From assembly GCA_051294375.1 (NCBI GenBank), contig CM119270.1, positions 21,047,775 to 21,111,774 of the forward strand: a stretch of 64,000 bases of DNA, given 5' to 3'. Each line of letters opens with the position of its first letter. Positions within the stretch are counted from its first letter, which is position 1. Under the pieces are notes generated by a model, which did not search any database, was not told where the DNA came from, and saw only the letters and a program-made list of their open reading frames with translations. The DNA comes from Paraspadella gotoi. Taxonomy: Eukaryota; Animalia; Chaetognatha. The translations under genes were made by a program, and so were the position numbers. Positions 32,001 through 44,927 of the stretch are shown here, in pieces.

Positions 32001-35000
32001 TTTTACCAGAATACTAACTTTTATTAGATTATTTGTTTTATTTACCCGTCCAAACGATTTTTTTGAGTTAGTCTCAAAAGAGTTGGACCTCCCTGTACTA
32101 AAATTTTTGTTTCAATTCTGAAAAAATGATAAACGTAAACATTTTCGAAGTCATTTTCTTCACTGTGCTCGTCGTAATATATTTGGCAACCAATATAAAT
32201 ACTTTTTTACCATTGAAATTTCTATAATAAATTTTTTTTCTCTCTCTATTGCCTATCTTTTTAACCTTTTTTAGTATTAAGTTTGCAATAAAATCAAATA
32301 AAATAAGAATGGAGGTTTTAAAAAAATATTTTCCTATATTAATTGCAGAATTTTTTTATAGTTGCTTATTTTTATATTTTAATAAAAGAAAAGAGAAAAA
32401 GCCTTTGAAAGATGAAAGGGAGGATTAGGGATAAATAAAAAATGGCAACATGATGGGAAAAAGTCAAGAACAAAATTATTAAAGTTCCTCGACCGAATTC
32501 GTAAATTCTGTAAAAGGCCAAGAAGCTTCTCATCGTATTGATATGTCGCTAGCATATTTAGATCAGATATTTATCCATATATTTACAATTTTACAGGATT
32601 TGTTGATCGATATTTTACTGACTTTGCAAACGTCTCCTGCATAGTCTTTCTGATATTTCCTGCTCTAATTGTTCTTTGTTAAGTGTTTAAAACTGTACTA
32701 TAAAAATACTGATAATGATTCTATTGGAGTTTTTTGGGGTGGGCTTGTGTCCTAGTTTTATCACAATTAAAGCTGTTCTATTTTAATGTGAGTTAGAATA
32801 ATTGATATCTCCCCCCAAAAAAATTATTTATCTGTAATTAATTTTTCTGTTTGGTTTTGATTTTTAGGAACATTTATCCCAGTAATGATTTTTTTTTTAA
32901 ACAGAGTTGATTTAAAATTCAAATATTCTAAACATTTGATTTTAATAGTTTTTTATAAGTGCTCTTTTCTTTATTCATACAAATGTAAAAAAAAACTTTT
33001 GTGACAACTGATTAATTAAAATACTTTCATACTGAACTGTGAATATTTGTCACAAGGTCCGACAACATACTGTATCTAAAATTAAATTTATAAAATGACC
33101 TAGTACATAAATTAAAAACATATCATGTGAGGCGACTGAGAATCATGTTTTAATACTAATCATGAAAAATCATGCATTAAAAATGTAACATGAGTTTAAT
33201 TAGGTCTTTTTAATATTTGTTTTTATATTAGCTTATTCATTTTAAAAGTGTAAGCAACAAAACTAGATTTGATATACATTATTTTTCTCAAAATTTAGTT
33301 ATGAAATAACGAAATAAAAAATGATAAAAAACATAATATGTATTTAAATCAAACACCATAAAAACAGATTAAAGCAATGGATGGAACCACCAAAAAAATC
33401 AAAGTAGAAATATGAGAGAAATCGTAACTTTGTGGTCAATAAGGGCGAAAAAAATTCTTAATAATTTCAACATAGAATCCTCCAAGTGACAATATTCTCT
33501 CAGACCTTGTAATTTTTGAACAATACATTGAGACCAAAAAGTTATATCTGCTAAAAAACGTTTTATGAGCAAAATTTTCTTCTACTCCAACAAAATCTGC
33601 ATCAATTAGACGCACTTACGTTTTTGGAGAATTGGCACGGATCGGGCCCGCGGTTCTAAAACAAGTAGCGAAAAAATAAAAAAACCTATATAAACTGTCA
33701 GGGCAGCCATGAACACGGCAGGGACGAAAAAAGCTTCCCCCTCTGAAAAAACAATAAACTGTTTACGAAAGGCAAAAAGGAGAGAAAATTTAAGAAGGAA
33801 AAACTTTCATTGAAAATTGTTAAACGAAAAAACTCTGACAAGATAGAAAAGCGAAGGCCTTTTGCTTCGGATATCGACATGTTTTGGTGATAGTTGGTGA
33901 ATCTTTGCAGATTTTGCCTAAGGTAAACTTGGTCCCTTCACCTCTGATCCAAAAGTAGGTCAAAAATGGCAATGGTGCCGTCACTACCGAAAGCATAAAT
34001 ATTAAAAAAACCTGCGCCTTTTTTATTTTTATATTTTTAAACAAATTGTGCAGAAATTTCAATGCAATAAGGGTTGTGAAAAGTGGAAAGAAGTTTGCAA
34101 TTAAATTGTGGAAACGAGCGTATTCAGTTTGAAATAAACAAGATGATAACCCAATTGGTGTGTCGTTTTGCTTTGATTAACATCGATTGTTTTTATTTGC
34201 ATTCAAATAATAACCAAACCCAAATAAGGGAAGCAAAAAAGGTCATAGAATAAAGACATGTCACAGATGACAGTGAAATGTTCTTCGTTGCTAGCAAGAG
34301 CATTCCAGTATGAAGTATTCCCAGCAGAAGATCTACAAAAACTAAAAGCAACATCAATTTTTGAGTTGGTTGCAAAAATAAAAAGTTTCCTAATGGAAGG
34401 TGCGATGCATATGAAAAAATTGGGCAAGAGATTTTTATCTGGAAACATTTCAACCCACTTTTTTTGCGTTTTGCTTCCAAAAAACTTCCACAAAAACAAA
34501 TAGACACTTTGAAATTTATCATATTGAGACTTAAGTAAATTTTTAACTGTGGAATTTTATAATTTATAAGTTTTATTGAATCTAAACCCCATTTGATACT
34601 TTTGAATCTGGAAATCAAAATCTATTCCACTGATATCTTTATGCTTTTTGTAAGACATTGTAAAACCAAGTATAAAGGCACTGAACAAAGGCATAATTAT
34701 CCATTGAAATGTAGAATTTTCAATTTTAGGGATACGATTTCTGACTGGAGCCAAATTTAGTAACATCATCTTAATCATTATTTTGAATTCCGTAATTGAA
34801 AAAACACGCAAAAGTAAAAATGGCGCGAATATCAAAAATATTTCAGAGTATAGAATAAAGTGAACATAAATTAAATATAAAGAACACATGAGGCCCAGCG
34901 TACCTTGAACTGTCCCTAAAATATGCGCTGATTGAAAGGAGCCTTAATAAATTAGATTTAGCTGAGATCTTAGAATATTGACTAGTTCGTATATTTGACG

Positions 35001-38000
35001 CAGTCTTTGGCGAAGCTGATCGTAGACACTGCCGCTGAAATAATGGTCAATGGACTTTTGATCCTCCAGGAGCATAGAAGAAAACCGGAAAGTTGGGAAA
35101 ACCTACAATCGCAAGATATATTGTGTTCGTGATTACGTCATTTTGGATAGAATACACTGTACCATTCTCGTTTTCTACAGGGATGTTGCGTCGAAAACGA
35201 GGAATGCAAGTCTCCGTTGTTTGTCTGGTCGACGCAACGACGAAAAAATAATTTTGAATCAACATCTGAATGAAGGATTCAAAGAGAGTTTGAATCAGAT
35301 TCATTGCCAATAAGATATTTTCTTTTCTAATTCTATTTGGTTCCACGAAGTCGGCATCTCTCTGATCTAAATATAGATCGAAGCTCAAAGGAAAGCTACC
35401 GAGACCAATGAGGAAACAAGCAATGACCGAATTCTGAATCCAAATCGAATTCCAGATTCTCGGATAAATGGTTCGATTTCTTTTAATGACGATTAAACCC
35501 ATTAAAATGATGAGAGAAAGCTGTGAATTAAGACGACAGCTAACATGGCGCGTCCAGAATATTCTCCTTGCACTGTGCCCGAATTCCAATAAATATAATG
35601 GTCTTGATGTCCGTGCCAATGTCCAGAATGTTGATGGCGTTGGTCACGATGAACACAATCAATTGAATATTCATCATTGTTCTTACAAAAGAAAATGAAA
35701 TAAATGAAATATCAGCATATGTACGTACGTATTAAGGCGGAACAAAGTAAAAACTAAGAGTTCTGTAATATAAATAACATTAGAGCACGGATAACGAAAT
35801 TTTTAAAAAATTTTGATTTTATTTATGGTTTATAACATAAAACATTTTAAAGTTTATCGTATTACTATAAATCATGAAATTTTTTTTCAAAATCAGAATT
35901 TTATAAAACGAATTCGGGTAGAGATTGAAAAAAGAAATTAAAAAATATTACTACAAGATTTCCAATTTTTTTTGTTTTATTGCTAAAATTAGCAAAAACT
36001 ATAAAAATTATGGTACGACAATGATGATGATGATTTTAAAGAGTTTTTCCATTATTTGACCCACTTATCATCGAAATATTAAAAAACGCATTATACTTTG
36101 TGGAGACAACTTTTATGGGCTATCTGAACCGTTCTTAAAAAATAGAATTAAAAAAAAAAATTGCTTATGCATTGATAAATATTTAAATGCTTTGTAGAAG
36201 ACAAAGTGACCGTGTGGATAGACCGGCTCGGAGAAAGAGGAGAGAGGTTTAGAGAAGAAGACCGTGGTAAGTCGCCTAGGCTTCTAGTGTGCTTAACAAG
36301 TTAAAAAAGTGATAGTAAATATTGAGTATATGATGGACAAATGAAATTTTATATACGAACTTTTAATGATAAAAAGTGATCAATTTTGGCCCGCCTTAGT
36401 ACGTATACATTTACCAATTTTTTAATAATTTTAAAAAATGTTTACTTAATAATTTTAATAATATGAACTTCATTAATTTTAATAATATTTATTTTATTAA
36501 TTTTGATAATATTTACTTTATTAATTTTATGATAATTACTTTTTGGATTTTAATTAATATTTGCTTCTTTAATTTTAATAATATTTACTTTATTAATTTT
36601 TTTAATTAATATGTACTGATAATAATATAATACTGCAACATAAATATCGAAAAATAAAAATGTTCCGGTAGAGGAAGCATATAAGGAAAAAAACATGGGT
36701 ATTAATAGGGTGACGGAGAGATATACACAGAAGACAATGCCAATTTTATTGCAGTATGTTGGTTTCCGTTTGACGACAACGACTTTACATCAGCTCTCTT
36801 CATTCCGTAGCCTGATTATTACCAATGTCATATATTTAATCCAAGTTCAATGTAATAATTCGAAGAAAGTATTAATAAAGCTGCCACAAGAAATATAGAG
36901 GGGTCGGGGTGTCCGATACATTAAGGTTTATCGCTTCATAGAAATGTCTGGTTGTTACACGTCCTGTCAAGGATCTCAGTAGCGAGCCTTTCGCTTTTTA
37001 TTATTGACAGGTCCTGTCAAGGATCTCAGAAGCGCAGCCTTTCGCTTTTATTATTGACAGGTCCTGTCAAGGATCTCAGTAGCGAGCCTTTCGCTTTTAT
37101 TATTGACAGGTCCTGTCAAGGATCTCAGTAGCGAGCCTTTTCGCTTTTATTATTGACAGGTCCTGTCAAGGATCTCAGTAGCGAGCCTTTCGCTTTTATT
37201 ATTGACAGGTCCTGTCAAGATCTCAGTAGCGAGCCTTTCGCTTTTATTATTGACAGTCCTGTCAAGGATCTCTCAGTAGCCAAGCCTTTCGCTCTTTATT
37301 ATTGCACAGGTCCTGTCAAGGACTCTCAGACTAGCGAAGCCTTTCGCTTTTATTATTGACAGGTCCTGTCAAGGATCTCAGTAGGAGCCTTTCCGCTTTA
37401 TTATTGACAGCGGTTCCTGTCAAGGATCTCAGTAGCGGAGCCTTTCGCTTATTATTATTGACAGGTCCTGTCAAGGATCTCCAAGTAGCGCAGCCCTTTT
37501 CGCTTTTATTATTGACAGTCCTTGTCAAGCGATCTCAGTAGCGAGCCCTTCGCCTTTATTATTGCACAGCGCCTGGGTTCAAGGATCTCAGTAGCGAGCC
37601 TTTCGCTTTTACTATTTTCTTGGCCTAAAAACTTACAATCATTCTATAAAACCCGAGGGTTATTATTATTACACGTTTGAGGGCATTGCATTCAATGTTC
37701 AAGTATGGCGGAATCTCTAGCATTTGTCTTAATTTTCGCTAAAATTTCCCATATTTTATTAAAGAAACGACGCAAAAAAAATTAGACATGTGGCTAAATT
37801 TTACTTTCGCCGAGCGCAGTTTTGGTATTTTTTAAAAAACCATTTAAAAATATTTATTTAAAAAAAAAAAATTTAAAAAAATATTACCTAATCACCCAAA
37901 CCTTAAACCCTTTTAACCCCTAACCTCTTCTTAACCCCGGTCGGCGAAAGTAAAATTAACCCGAAAAGGGCTGCTTAATCTCTCTTTCTTCTATCATAGG

Positions 38001-38348
38001 CCGTTTTTGTGCTGTAAGCACTTAACGTTAGTCCCATTAGAACTGGACTTCCCTATAATATTTGCCACATTGTAATATAATTTTATATTTTACTACTGAA
38101 GTTGTTTAAAGCATCTTTTAAATTCATAACATTACCTTTAATAGTATCATTTAACTGGAATACAGGAGTAATATTATATTTACTACATATTCTTCTAAAT
38201 TTGAAAGATGTGACCTGGCAAATGCCCTTACCCTGACGGCGAAGGTCATGAACTCTGGTAAGGTCACGATTCCGTTGGCGTCGGAGTCGACGAGGCTGAA
38301 TATGCAGCGGAGAACTGACCCCGCGGGACATTGGGGTAAGTGACTCAT
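23147..38348 (-). CDS. EF-hand pair + DUF924 domain fusion protein, 8 exons, about 464 aa (3' end uncertain)
   Basis: Phase-compatible exons 38348-38232, 31180-31040, 30850-30716, 29325-29141, 28964-28757, 27083-26931, 26664-26567, 23504-23147. EF loops DSDANGIVTLPE and DCDGSGGLDAAE. DUF924 motifs ILDFWF, WFGKSPTLDEEIRVKFG, LALVILLDQFPRNIFR, THSE and KFGRFPHRNEIMGREATKEEEAFL. A further GC-rich exon near 22622-22872 may extend the C-terminus. Confidence 0.85.
23773..26552 (+). mobile_element. DINE-1/HINE-like non-autonomous Helentron
   Basis: 5' subterminal IR GTCGGATCTGC with a nearby inverted copy, (GTCC)n microsatellite, central tandem units, 3' GCAGATCCGAC followed by a GTTTG-CT-CAAAC hairpin, T-rich flanks. 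Confidence 0.7.
27386..28417 (-). mobile_element. Tandem-array TRIM (family 1): LTR-internal-LTR-internal-LTR
   Basis: Three LTRs (about 27386-27614, 27792-28024, 28208-28417) with two internal regions carrying PBS and PPT. A single TSD, CGGT, at 27382-27385 and 28418-28421. Confidence 0.88.
31500..31732 (-). mobile_element. Solo LTR of family 1 TRIM
   Basis: Full LTR sequence flanked by TSD GGAT (31496-31499, 31733-31736). Confidence 0.88.
32225..32682 (+). pseudogene. C-terminal fragment of a third XK-like paralog (copy C)
   Basis: Translates to FLSLLPIFLTFF... and YNFTGFVDRYFTDFANVSCIVFLIFPALIVLC*, matching the copy B ending YDYLTYVDECWTSFYDFPCLIFLIFPSVVLLAHE*. Interrupted by stops and frameshifts. 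Confidence 0.55.
33349..35677 (-). pseudogene. Divergent multi-pass membrane protein resembling the XK-related (Xkr) family, copy A; several frameshifts; nested in intron 1 of the EF-hand/DUF924 gene
   Basis: Successive broken ORFs: NILDIGTDIKT, IGLGSFPLSFDLYLD, LFESFIQMLIQNY, GTLGLMCSLYLIY...LLLRVFSITE, TYFWIRGEG, LIFLVVPSIALICF*. Colinear with the copy at 46946-52947. Frameshifts could be assembly errors. Confidence 0.55.
35733..36398. mobile_element. hAT-type MITE
   Basis: TIR TAAGGCGG/CCGCCTTA with 8-bp TSD GTACGTAT. Confidence 0.8.
36961..37612. repeat. About 49-bp tandem repeat, about 13 copies
   Basis: Unit GTCCTGTCAAGGATCTCAGTAGCGAGCCTTTCGCTTTTATTATTGACAG, with no unique spacers. 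Confidence 0.9.
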
Positions 38349-38471
38349 CGTCGAAGATAGAGACAGAGACGGGGAGAAGGAGGCGGAGAGAGAGACGATG
38401 GAGCGAAAATAGAGAGGGAGACGATTGGGAGAAAAACTGGGAAAAAAGCTAGAGAAAAATTCGCCTTGTCG

Positions 38472-38536
<65 letters not shown>

Positions 38537-39043
38537 GATAATAATTCAAGCACCTGATTTGTTTTCATTTCTTTTCCGTGTGTATTTCACGTTCAGGGTT
38601 TCGGGTGATTTTTGAACTGACATAATATTGTATAATATTGTATAATATAAGTAATATAAGTAATATAACTAACGATCCAACTACAATTCAACAAAACTAT
38701 TCAATTTAAAATAGATACAACCAATAAAAAAATTATTCATTCATTCAATAAATAAGCTATTTTGCCCCTGACTTTGGACAGGCTATGATGGTTTAGGGTC
38801 TCTTTCCCTCTTACAATATATTATTAAAAAAACAAGCTTTAAATCAAGACTCTCTCTGTCTAGCTTATTTACTCCCTATCGATGAAGTGGTATAATGTTT
38901 TAATGAACTGTTTCAACTAAAACGGTTGCTGAATTTAAATTAAATTTTAAAAAATCCTTAAAATTTAATCGACTATTGTCCCAAGTGAACCTTGCGATAT
39001 CTCACCGTTTAAAAATCCCTTTTAAAAATGTTCTTCAAAGTAT

Positions 39044-39475
39044 AAACAAGTTTGAACAAACAACGTCGGCTCTGTAGCAGGAAGGAGCTAATCAGATGAT
39101 AAGCAATCATAAATCTTCCAATTTCTTATCATAAGAGATCATGTCATTTATCGATGCAATGATTACGATTGATTAATGCAATAATAGTGGACGCTATGAT
39201 AAATGATCATCGATGTGATGACAATCGATGAGAAATGATTTGACAGTCAATCAATGATACGTTGATGTCCAATGAGTTTAATGATAATAGGACGGACGCA
39301 CAGATGGATGGACAGACAGACCGACAGACGGTCGGACTGACGGACGGACATCATTTATTTATCATAATTCGACGTTCTAATTTATGTGTATAACTGAAAA
39401 GATTTTGGGAGTGGACCGACGGACCGACAAAGTGAATTATAGAGTCGGAATCTGCTGATAAGCAAATCCGACTAA
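39044..39475 (-). mobile_element. Short DINE-1/HINE-like copy
   Basis: Reverse-complement subterminal IRs, (GGAC/AGAC)n, and the 3' hairpin at 39044-39073. Confidence 0.6.
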
Positions 39476-41972
39476 TCTTTGTTTGTCTTCATTTTATTTT
39501 AACGATAAACTAAGAAATACGTAGAATAAAATACTTGTCACTACTTTATTTTAAGGTTATTAACTAATCCTTACTCTTTTGAATTATTTAATCTAATCCT
39601 TGACATTAATACCTAACCCAAACCTAATCCCTAATTTTAATCCATAATCCTTAACCATAATCTTTAACCTTATCTACTAACTCTAAACCTTAATCCGTAA
39701 CCTTAATCCTTAGCAAAAAATGTAACCTAATCCCTATCCTATCAAATCCTATCTAATCTATCCTATCTAATCATCAAACCTAAAAACACACCTAATTCTA
39801 AATTTAACCAGAATGAGGTTTTTTTCGGGAAATAATGCCAAATACTTTTTTTTTGTTCGATGACCCACTTTTCTTTCTTTACTTTTAGTTTTTGGTGGAA
39901 ACTAAACTTTGAACTCGGATTGTGTCAACAGAGTTAAAAGATTAAAACTTGAATTCAAGTGAGAAAGAAAATTGAGGTTTGTGAATGAATACGGGGTATC
40001 TTTTGAATCAATTGTATTCATATTTATTTTGTCGAGAAAGAGCTCGAAAATCATGTATTTATATTTATCAAATTATTAATTATCCATTAATTTTACCTTT
40101 TACTATTTAGAATTAACTGTCTAAAAATTATGATTTCAAAAGTACCGAATTACTTTGTAACATTTTAGCATAATATTCAGACTAAGAATTATGATTTCAA
40201 AAGTACGGAATTACTTTGCACATTTCATTCGATTAACTCCAGTGAGATAAATCATTATTTTCGGCGATTCTGCGATTCTATTTCCGCTTGATACTCCTGC
40301 GCTGATATTATGCCTCTTTTTGTAGATCAGGTTCTTGATTGTGGTTGTAGGTATTGTTATAGGAATTGTTGTGGTTGTGGTTTTTGTAATAATTTTGGTG
40401 CTCGTCGTGAGAGTTATAGTTGATTTGATTGCCAAGGTTGTTATATTATATTGCGTTATTTGCTGTCATAGTGGCTTATGGTAGTAGTTAGAGTTAACAT
40501 GATTGTATAAATGAACTAGTTTTTATTGTTATGCATGTTCTTATGAAATTGGTACAACCAATATAAAAATTATCCATTCATTTCTCATGAAATCAAAAAA
40601 ATAGTAGTAAAGTGATTTTTGTTTAAACTCATTTCCACTCTGCTCACTCCTCACTACTCGGGTATTACTGCTAAATCTGTTTTTCGTATGAAATTGGTAC
40701 AACCAATATATTTGATTCGTCCTAAGCCTTTTTAGGCGCAGCAATAAACACCTGCGCATACTCGTGTGATAGAAGAAGATTAAAAACAAATTTTGCTAAG
40801 AGTAAATGCATTTAGAAAAATGAAAAATAAGAGAAATCAGATGCTCATTTTTTTGTGTAGACGGCATCGCAGCTAATGGACCAATAGATGGAATTTGATG
40901 ATAGTATTTTTTCTTTCTCAACTTTTCTTCTTTTTTTTTATAACTTAATTTTTTTATCTCATGCTTTTTAACTGTATTTTCTTTTTCTTTTTTTTTAATA
41001 TTTTTGGTTCTTCAGTCTTCACGTGTTTTTTTAAATAATATTTGACTTGGGACATTTATTTAATAATGAAATTGTTACAACTAATATAAAATTATTCATT
41101 CATTTCTTAAATAAGCCCCTGACTTCGGTTGAGGCCACCATTTTTCTTGCAAAATAATTACATAGCAGGACTCTGCAAGCTTTCAATCAATCACTATCAC
41201 TTCTCTATCAATAGAATGGTGTGGCGAATCCTAAATTCGCCTCCAGTATAGCTTGGTGAGACTCAGCTCGCCCCATTGGCTTGGACAGCAAAGTACTCGT
41301 TCGCCAACCGTGAGTTCCGTGTTCAATCCCCTCACGGTCATGCTGGTTAAAGTGTGATGGTGTCGGGGTAAATACTCCCGTCATATGAGGTGGTATTATT
41401 ATTATTTTTAGTCGGATCTGCTTATCATCAGATTCTGACTCTATAATTCACTTTGTCGGTCAGTCTGTCCATCCCTCCGCCCTTTATCGGTCATTCACTT
41501 AAATCATGTCAGAACATCGAATAATAATAAATTATGCAAAAGAAATGACGTCAGTCCGTCCGTCTGTCTGTCTGTAGGTCCGTCCGTCCGTCTGTCCCCC
41601 CTTAGCAAAAAACTCCAATTAGTCGTACTTGGATGGTTAGATTAAAAAAAAATTATATGTGTGGGTAGGAAAGTGAGCTGGATATGAAGTTTTGATGGAA
41701 TCTTGCGAGTGGAAATGAGTTTAAATGGAAAAAACTCAAGTCACATTTACTAGAATCTTTTTACTAATTTTATAGATTTTTTTTAGCAAAAAACTCCAAT
41801 TATTCATAATTGGAAGGATAGAATGAGATGAAAATTTGTGTGTGGGTAGGAAAGTGTGTGATTGAGCTGGATATAAAGTTTCGATAGAATCGAGGAGTGA
41901 AAATGAGTTTGCATAGAAAAAAACCAAGTCAAGTTGACTTGAATTTTAATTATTTATGCTTATTCATAATTA

Positions 41973-42256
41973 TGTGGATAAGGCGCTAAGTGGGCTGAAG
42001 ATGACTATCCGTAACTTCTTTAACCCCCTCTAGCAGACATGGAACGGGTCCTGGGCTTGGAACCAGGCTTGAAGGGTTTCCACGCCCCCAAGGTGGCTTA
42101 CGGCCGTCCTCATACTTCCCGCAGGGTAGGTACCGGGTTGGGATTGAACCCGGTACCTAGTGGTCCTGAGCTGATGGCTTTACTCAATGAGCCACTGGGT
42201 CAGGACTGAAGGTGTCATGCTTAGAGGCGGGGTGAACTTTGCTATGCCCGACTACA
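41973..42256. mobile_element. Solo-LTR-like element (family 2) with an internal tRNA-like A/B-box cassette on the minus strand
   Basis: TG...CA termini, TSD ATTA, inserted in a HINE copy. Minus strand reads TGGCTCATTGAG...GGTTCAATCC. Confidence 0.7.
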
Positions 42257-42306
42257 ATTATTTAATTAAATTGAAAAAATGATGGAATTTGAAAAAAAAA
42301 TGATGC

Positions 42307-42565
42307 TATGGCAACAGCCGGGTTGCCTGTGATGCCCATCGTGATGGCATCTCACTGTTGGCTTTGGGGGCTTCCGACACTTAGTAACGGCTCCAGTCAC
42401 TGGCGCGGTTACCCTAAGACGGTCTTGCTTTGCCAACAAAGAGGGAAATCGTTAGGACTGTAGAGGGAACGCTACGCCTGGGATGGTGTGTTCCCCCTCT
42501 GAGCCAATGGATTTGGCTGAAGGATGGTGGACGTGGACGTGGGGTGGTGTGAATATACCGCCACA
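42307..42565 (+). mobile_element. Solo-LTR-like element (family 3)
   Basis: TATGG...CCACA termini, TSD ATGC, inserted in a HINE copy. Confidence 0.75.
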
Positions 42566-42904
42566 ATGCAAGTTAAAAAAATTATGCAAGTTGAAAAAAT
42601 AAAAAAGTATTTGTGTGTACAGTAACAGTAACAGTATAGTAACAGGTCAGTTTAATCCCCTGCAAGCGATTTACATGTATTGGCGCAGCCCTTGGTTTGG
42701 TATGTTACAATCTGTTATGATCAGTTAGGCTCACAAATTGAAAGAATTATCGTGATTTATCATCTGATTAGCAGATTACCGCTTAATTATCGTAGCCAGA
42801 TCCGACATTGTTTGCTCAAACTTGTTTTAGTTCGTCCAACTTACTGAAACCTCTCTCGCGCGTGATGGGAAATAGTTTAATATATAAAAAGAGGTGGCCG
42901 TGGT

Positions 42905-43112
42905 GGTCCTCCCAACTGGATTCCTACCTCATGGGATTCCTGCCACACGGGAATCCTTCTACAGGGATTCCTCCCAACTGTGATTCCTATCTCATGGGAT
43001 TCCTGCCACACGGGAATCCTTCTACATGGATTCCTCCAAATTGGATTCCTATCACATGGGATTCCTCCCACACGGGATTCCTCCCACACGGGATTCCTCC
43101 CACACGGGAATC
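42905..43112. repeat. About 17-bp minisatellite
   Basis: GGGATTCCTCCCACACG variants, with a higher-order duplication. Confidence 0.8.
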
Positions 43113-43479
43113 TCGATGGAACCATGAACAAAATTTTAAACTATTTAAATTTGTTTAAAGTATTTAAAACTTTCACGGTACATCGACTTGAAGCTGAATC
43201 AACCAGATTCTAAAACAGTAATCGATTTTTATTGTTCAGTACGTCCATTTGCTCTTAAATAGCAATGACACAAAGTCAGTCCCAAAAGAGCTTCCGTACG
43301 CTGCACAATCAATTTTCTCCTCCTCCGCAACTCCGCCCAGTTTTTCGCATATGTACGCACATACGTGTACGTGTAACTACACATACACGTATCATCAATC
43401 AGTTAATGCTTCTTCTCATCGCCGTTTAATGCTTCGGCTTCCATTTTATCCTTAGTATTAAAAAAAAACGGCATAGATT

Positions 43480-44343
43480 GAACAAGTTTGAGCAAATAAT
43501 TTGTGATCTTAACAGATAACAACAAATCATGCATAACATAACAAATCATAACATACTTTTTAATAAATCTATGAAAAATCTATAAATCAATTGATCTATA
43601 AATAAACCAGTAGCTGCGCCAATACCAACTTGCGTAATTTGGTCAACTGGCATAATTTGGTAAACTGGCATAATTTAGTCAACTTGCATAATTTAGTTAA
43701 CTGGAAAATTTGGTTAGCAAGCATAATTTGGTCAGCTAGCATAATTTGGTCAACTGACATAATTTGGTCAACTGGCATAATTTTGTCAACTGTCATAATT
43801 TGATCAACTGGCATTATTTTGTCAACTGACATGATTTTGTCAACTGGCATAATTTGGTCAACTGGCATAATTTGGTTGACCGGCATATTTTGGTCATCTG
43901 GCATAATTTGCTCAGCTGGCATAATTTGGTCACTTGAATAATTTGGTCCACTGGAATAATTTGGTCAATCAATCAATCAGAGAGAGATAGAGAGTGGGAA
44001 ACTTTAAAAATATCAAATAAATGTGACTTTTCTGTTCCACTTCTACGATTCCTTCAAAAAAATTTTATCCAGCTTAATCACATACTTTCCTACCCACGCA
44101 CAAAATTTTATTTCAATCCATCCATCCAATCACGAGTAATTAGAGTTTAATCAAAAGGTGGGACGGACCTACAGACAGTCGGACGGATGGACCAACGGAC
44201 ATCGTTTATTTTGGCATAATTTATCATAATTCGATGTTCTGATGTGATAAAAATTATTTGCCGACAGGATTTCGGGGTGGGACCGACGAACCGTCAGAGT
44301 GAATTATAGAGTCGGAATCTGCGATAAGCAGATCCGACTAAAA
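43480..44343 (-). mobile_element. DINE-1/HINE-like copy containing an 18-bp minisatellite (about 43635-43970)
   Basis: Reverse-complement 5' IR at 44311-44340, 3' hairpin AACAAGTTTGAGCAAA at 43481, and unit GGCATAATTTGGTCAACT. Confidence 0.6.
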
Positions 44344-44927
44344 AAATCTTTGTCTACTTAGGATACATTATTGAAGAAGCCTTTCAAGGAAATTCTTGAC
44401 TGCACGCGCCTCGCTACCATGCCGCTCAACAAAAATATTTTTTTAGGTAAAACTATTAATATTGTGAATACAGACCTGTGCAAAAAAAGAGGACACCCAA
44501 AAACATTATGAAAGATATTATATGTGAATAATATTGATAGAAAAAGGAACTATTTGTTAGAAATATCATACATTTTTGAAATTCCTTATACAATGATGGA
44601 AAAAAAAATGTAGCGGTTTGGAAAAGTCAGTTAATTTTATTGTGAAATATATTTTTTGGCTAATAAATAAGTTTTAATAGGTAATATGACTTCCCTAAGA
44701 CTGAATAAAATGATTATTTCTCAACAGCATTTAATCTTTTAATGCATTCAAATACTTCCAAAAGAGGTTGTCTCTAACTGTTTTCACTTAATGATTAAGA
44801 GAACTATTCATATTATTGTTAAAATTATATCTTTGACATGATATTTTTTATCAGATTTGGGGCAAAAAATGGTCCTAAGCAAGCAGTGAAAAAGATTGAT
44901 TCTCTATAAAGTAAACCAGGCTTGCTT

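Larger units (their letters stand above)
41408..42826 (+). mobile_element. DINE-1/HINE-like copy with two nested solo-LTR-like insertions
   Basis: Same 5' and 3' structures as 23773-26552. Confidence 0.7.

Noticed and set aside
36961-37612. Possible CRISPR array
   Set aside because: Units abut directly with no unique spacers, there are no cas genes, and the context is eukaryotic.
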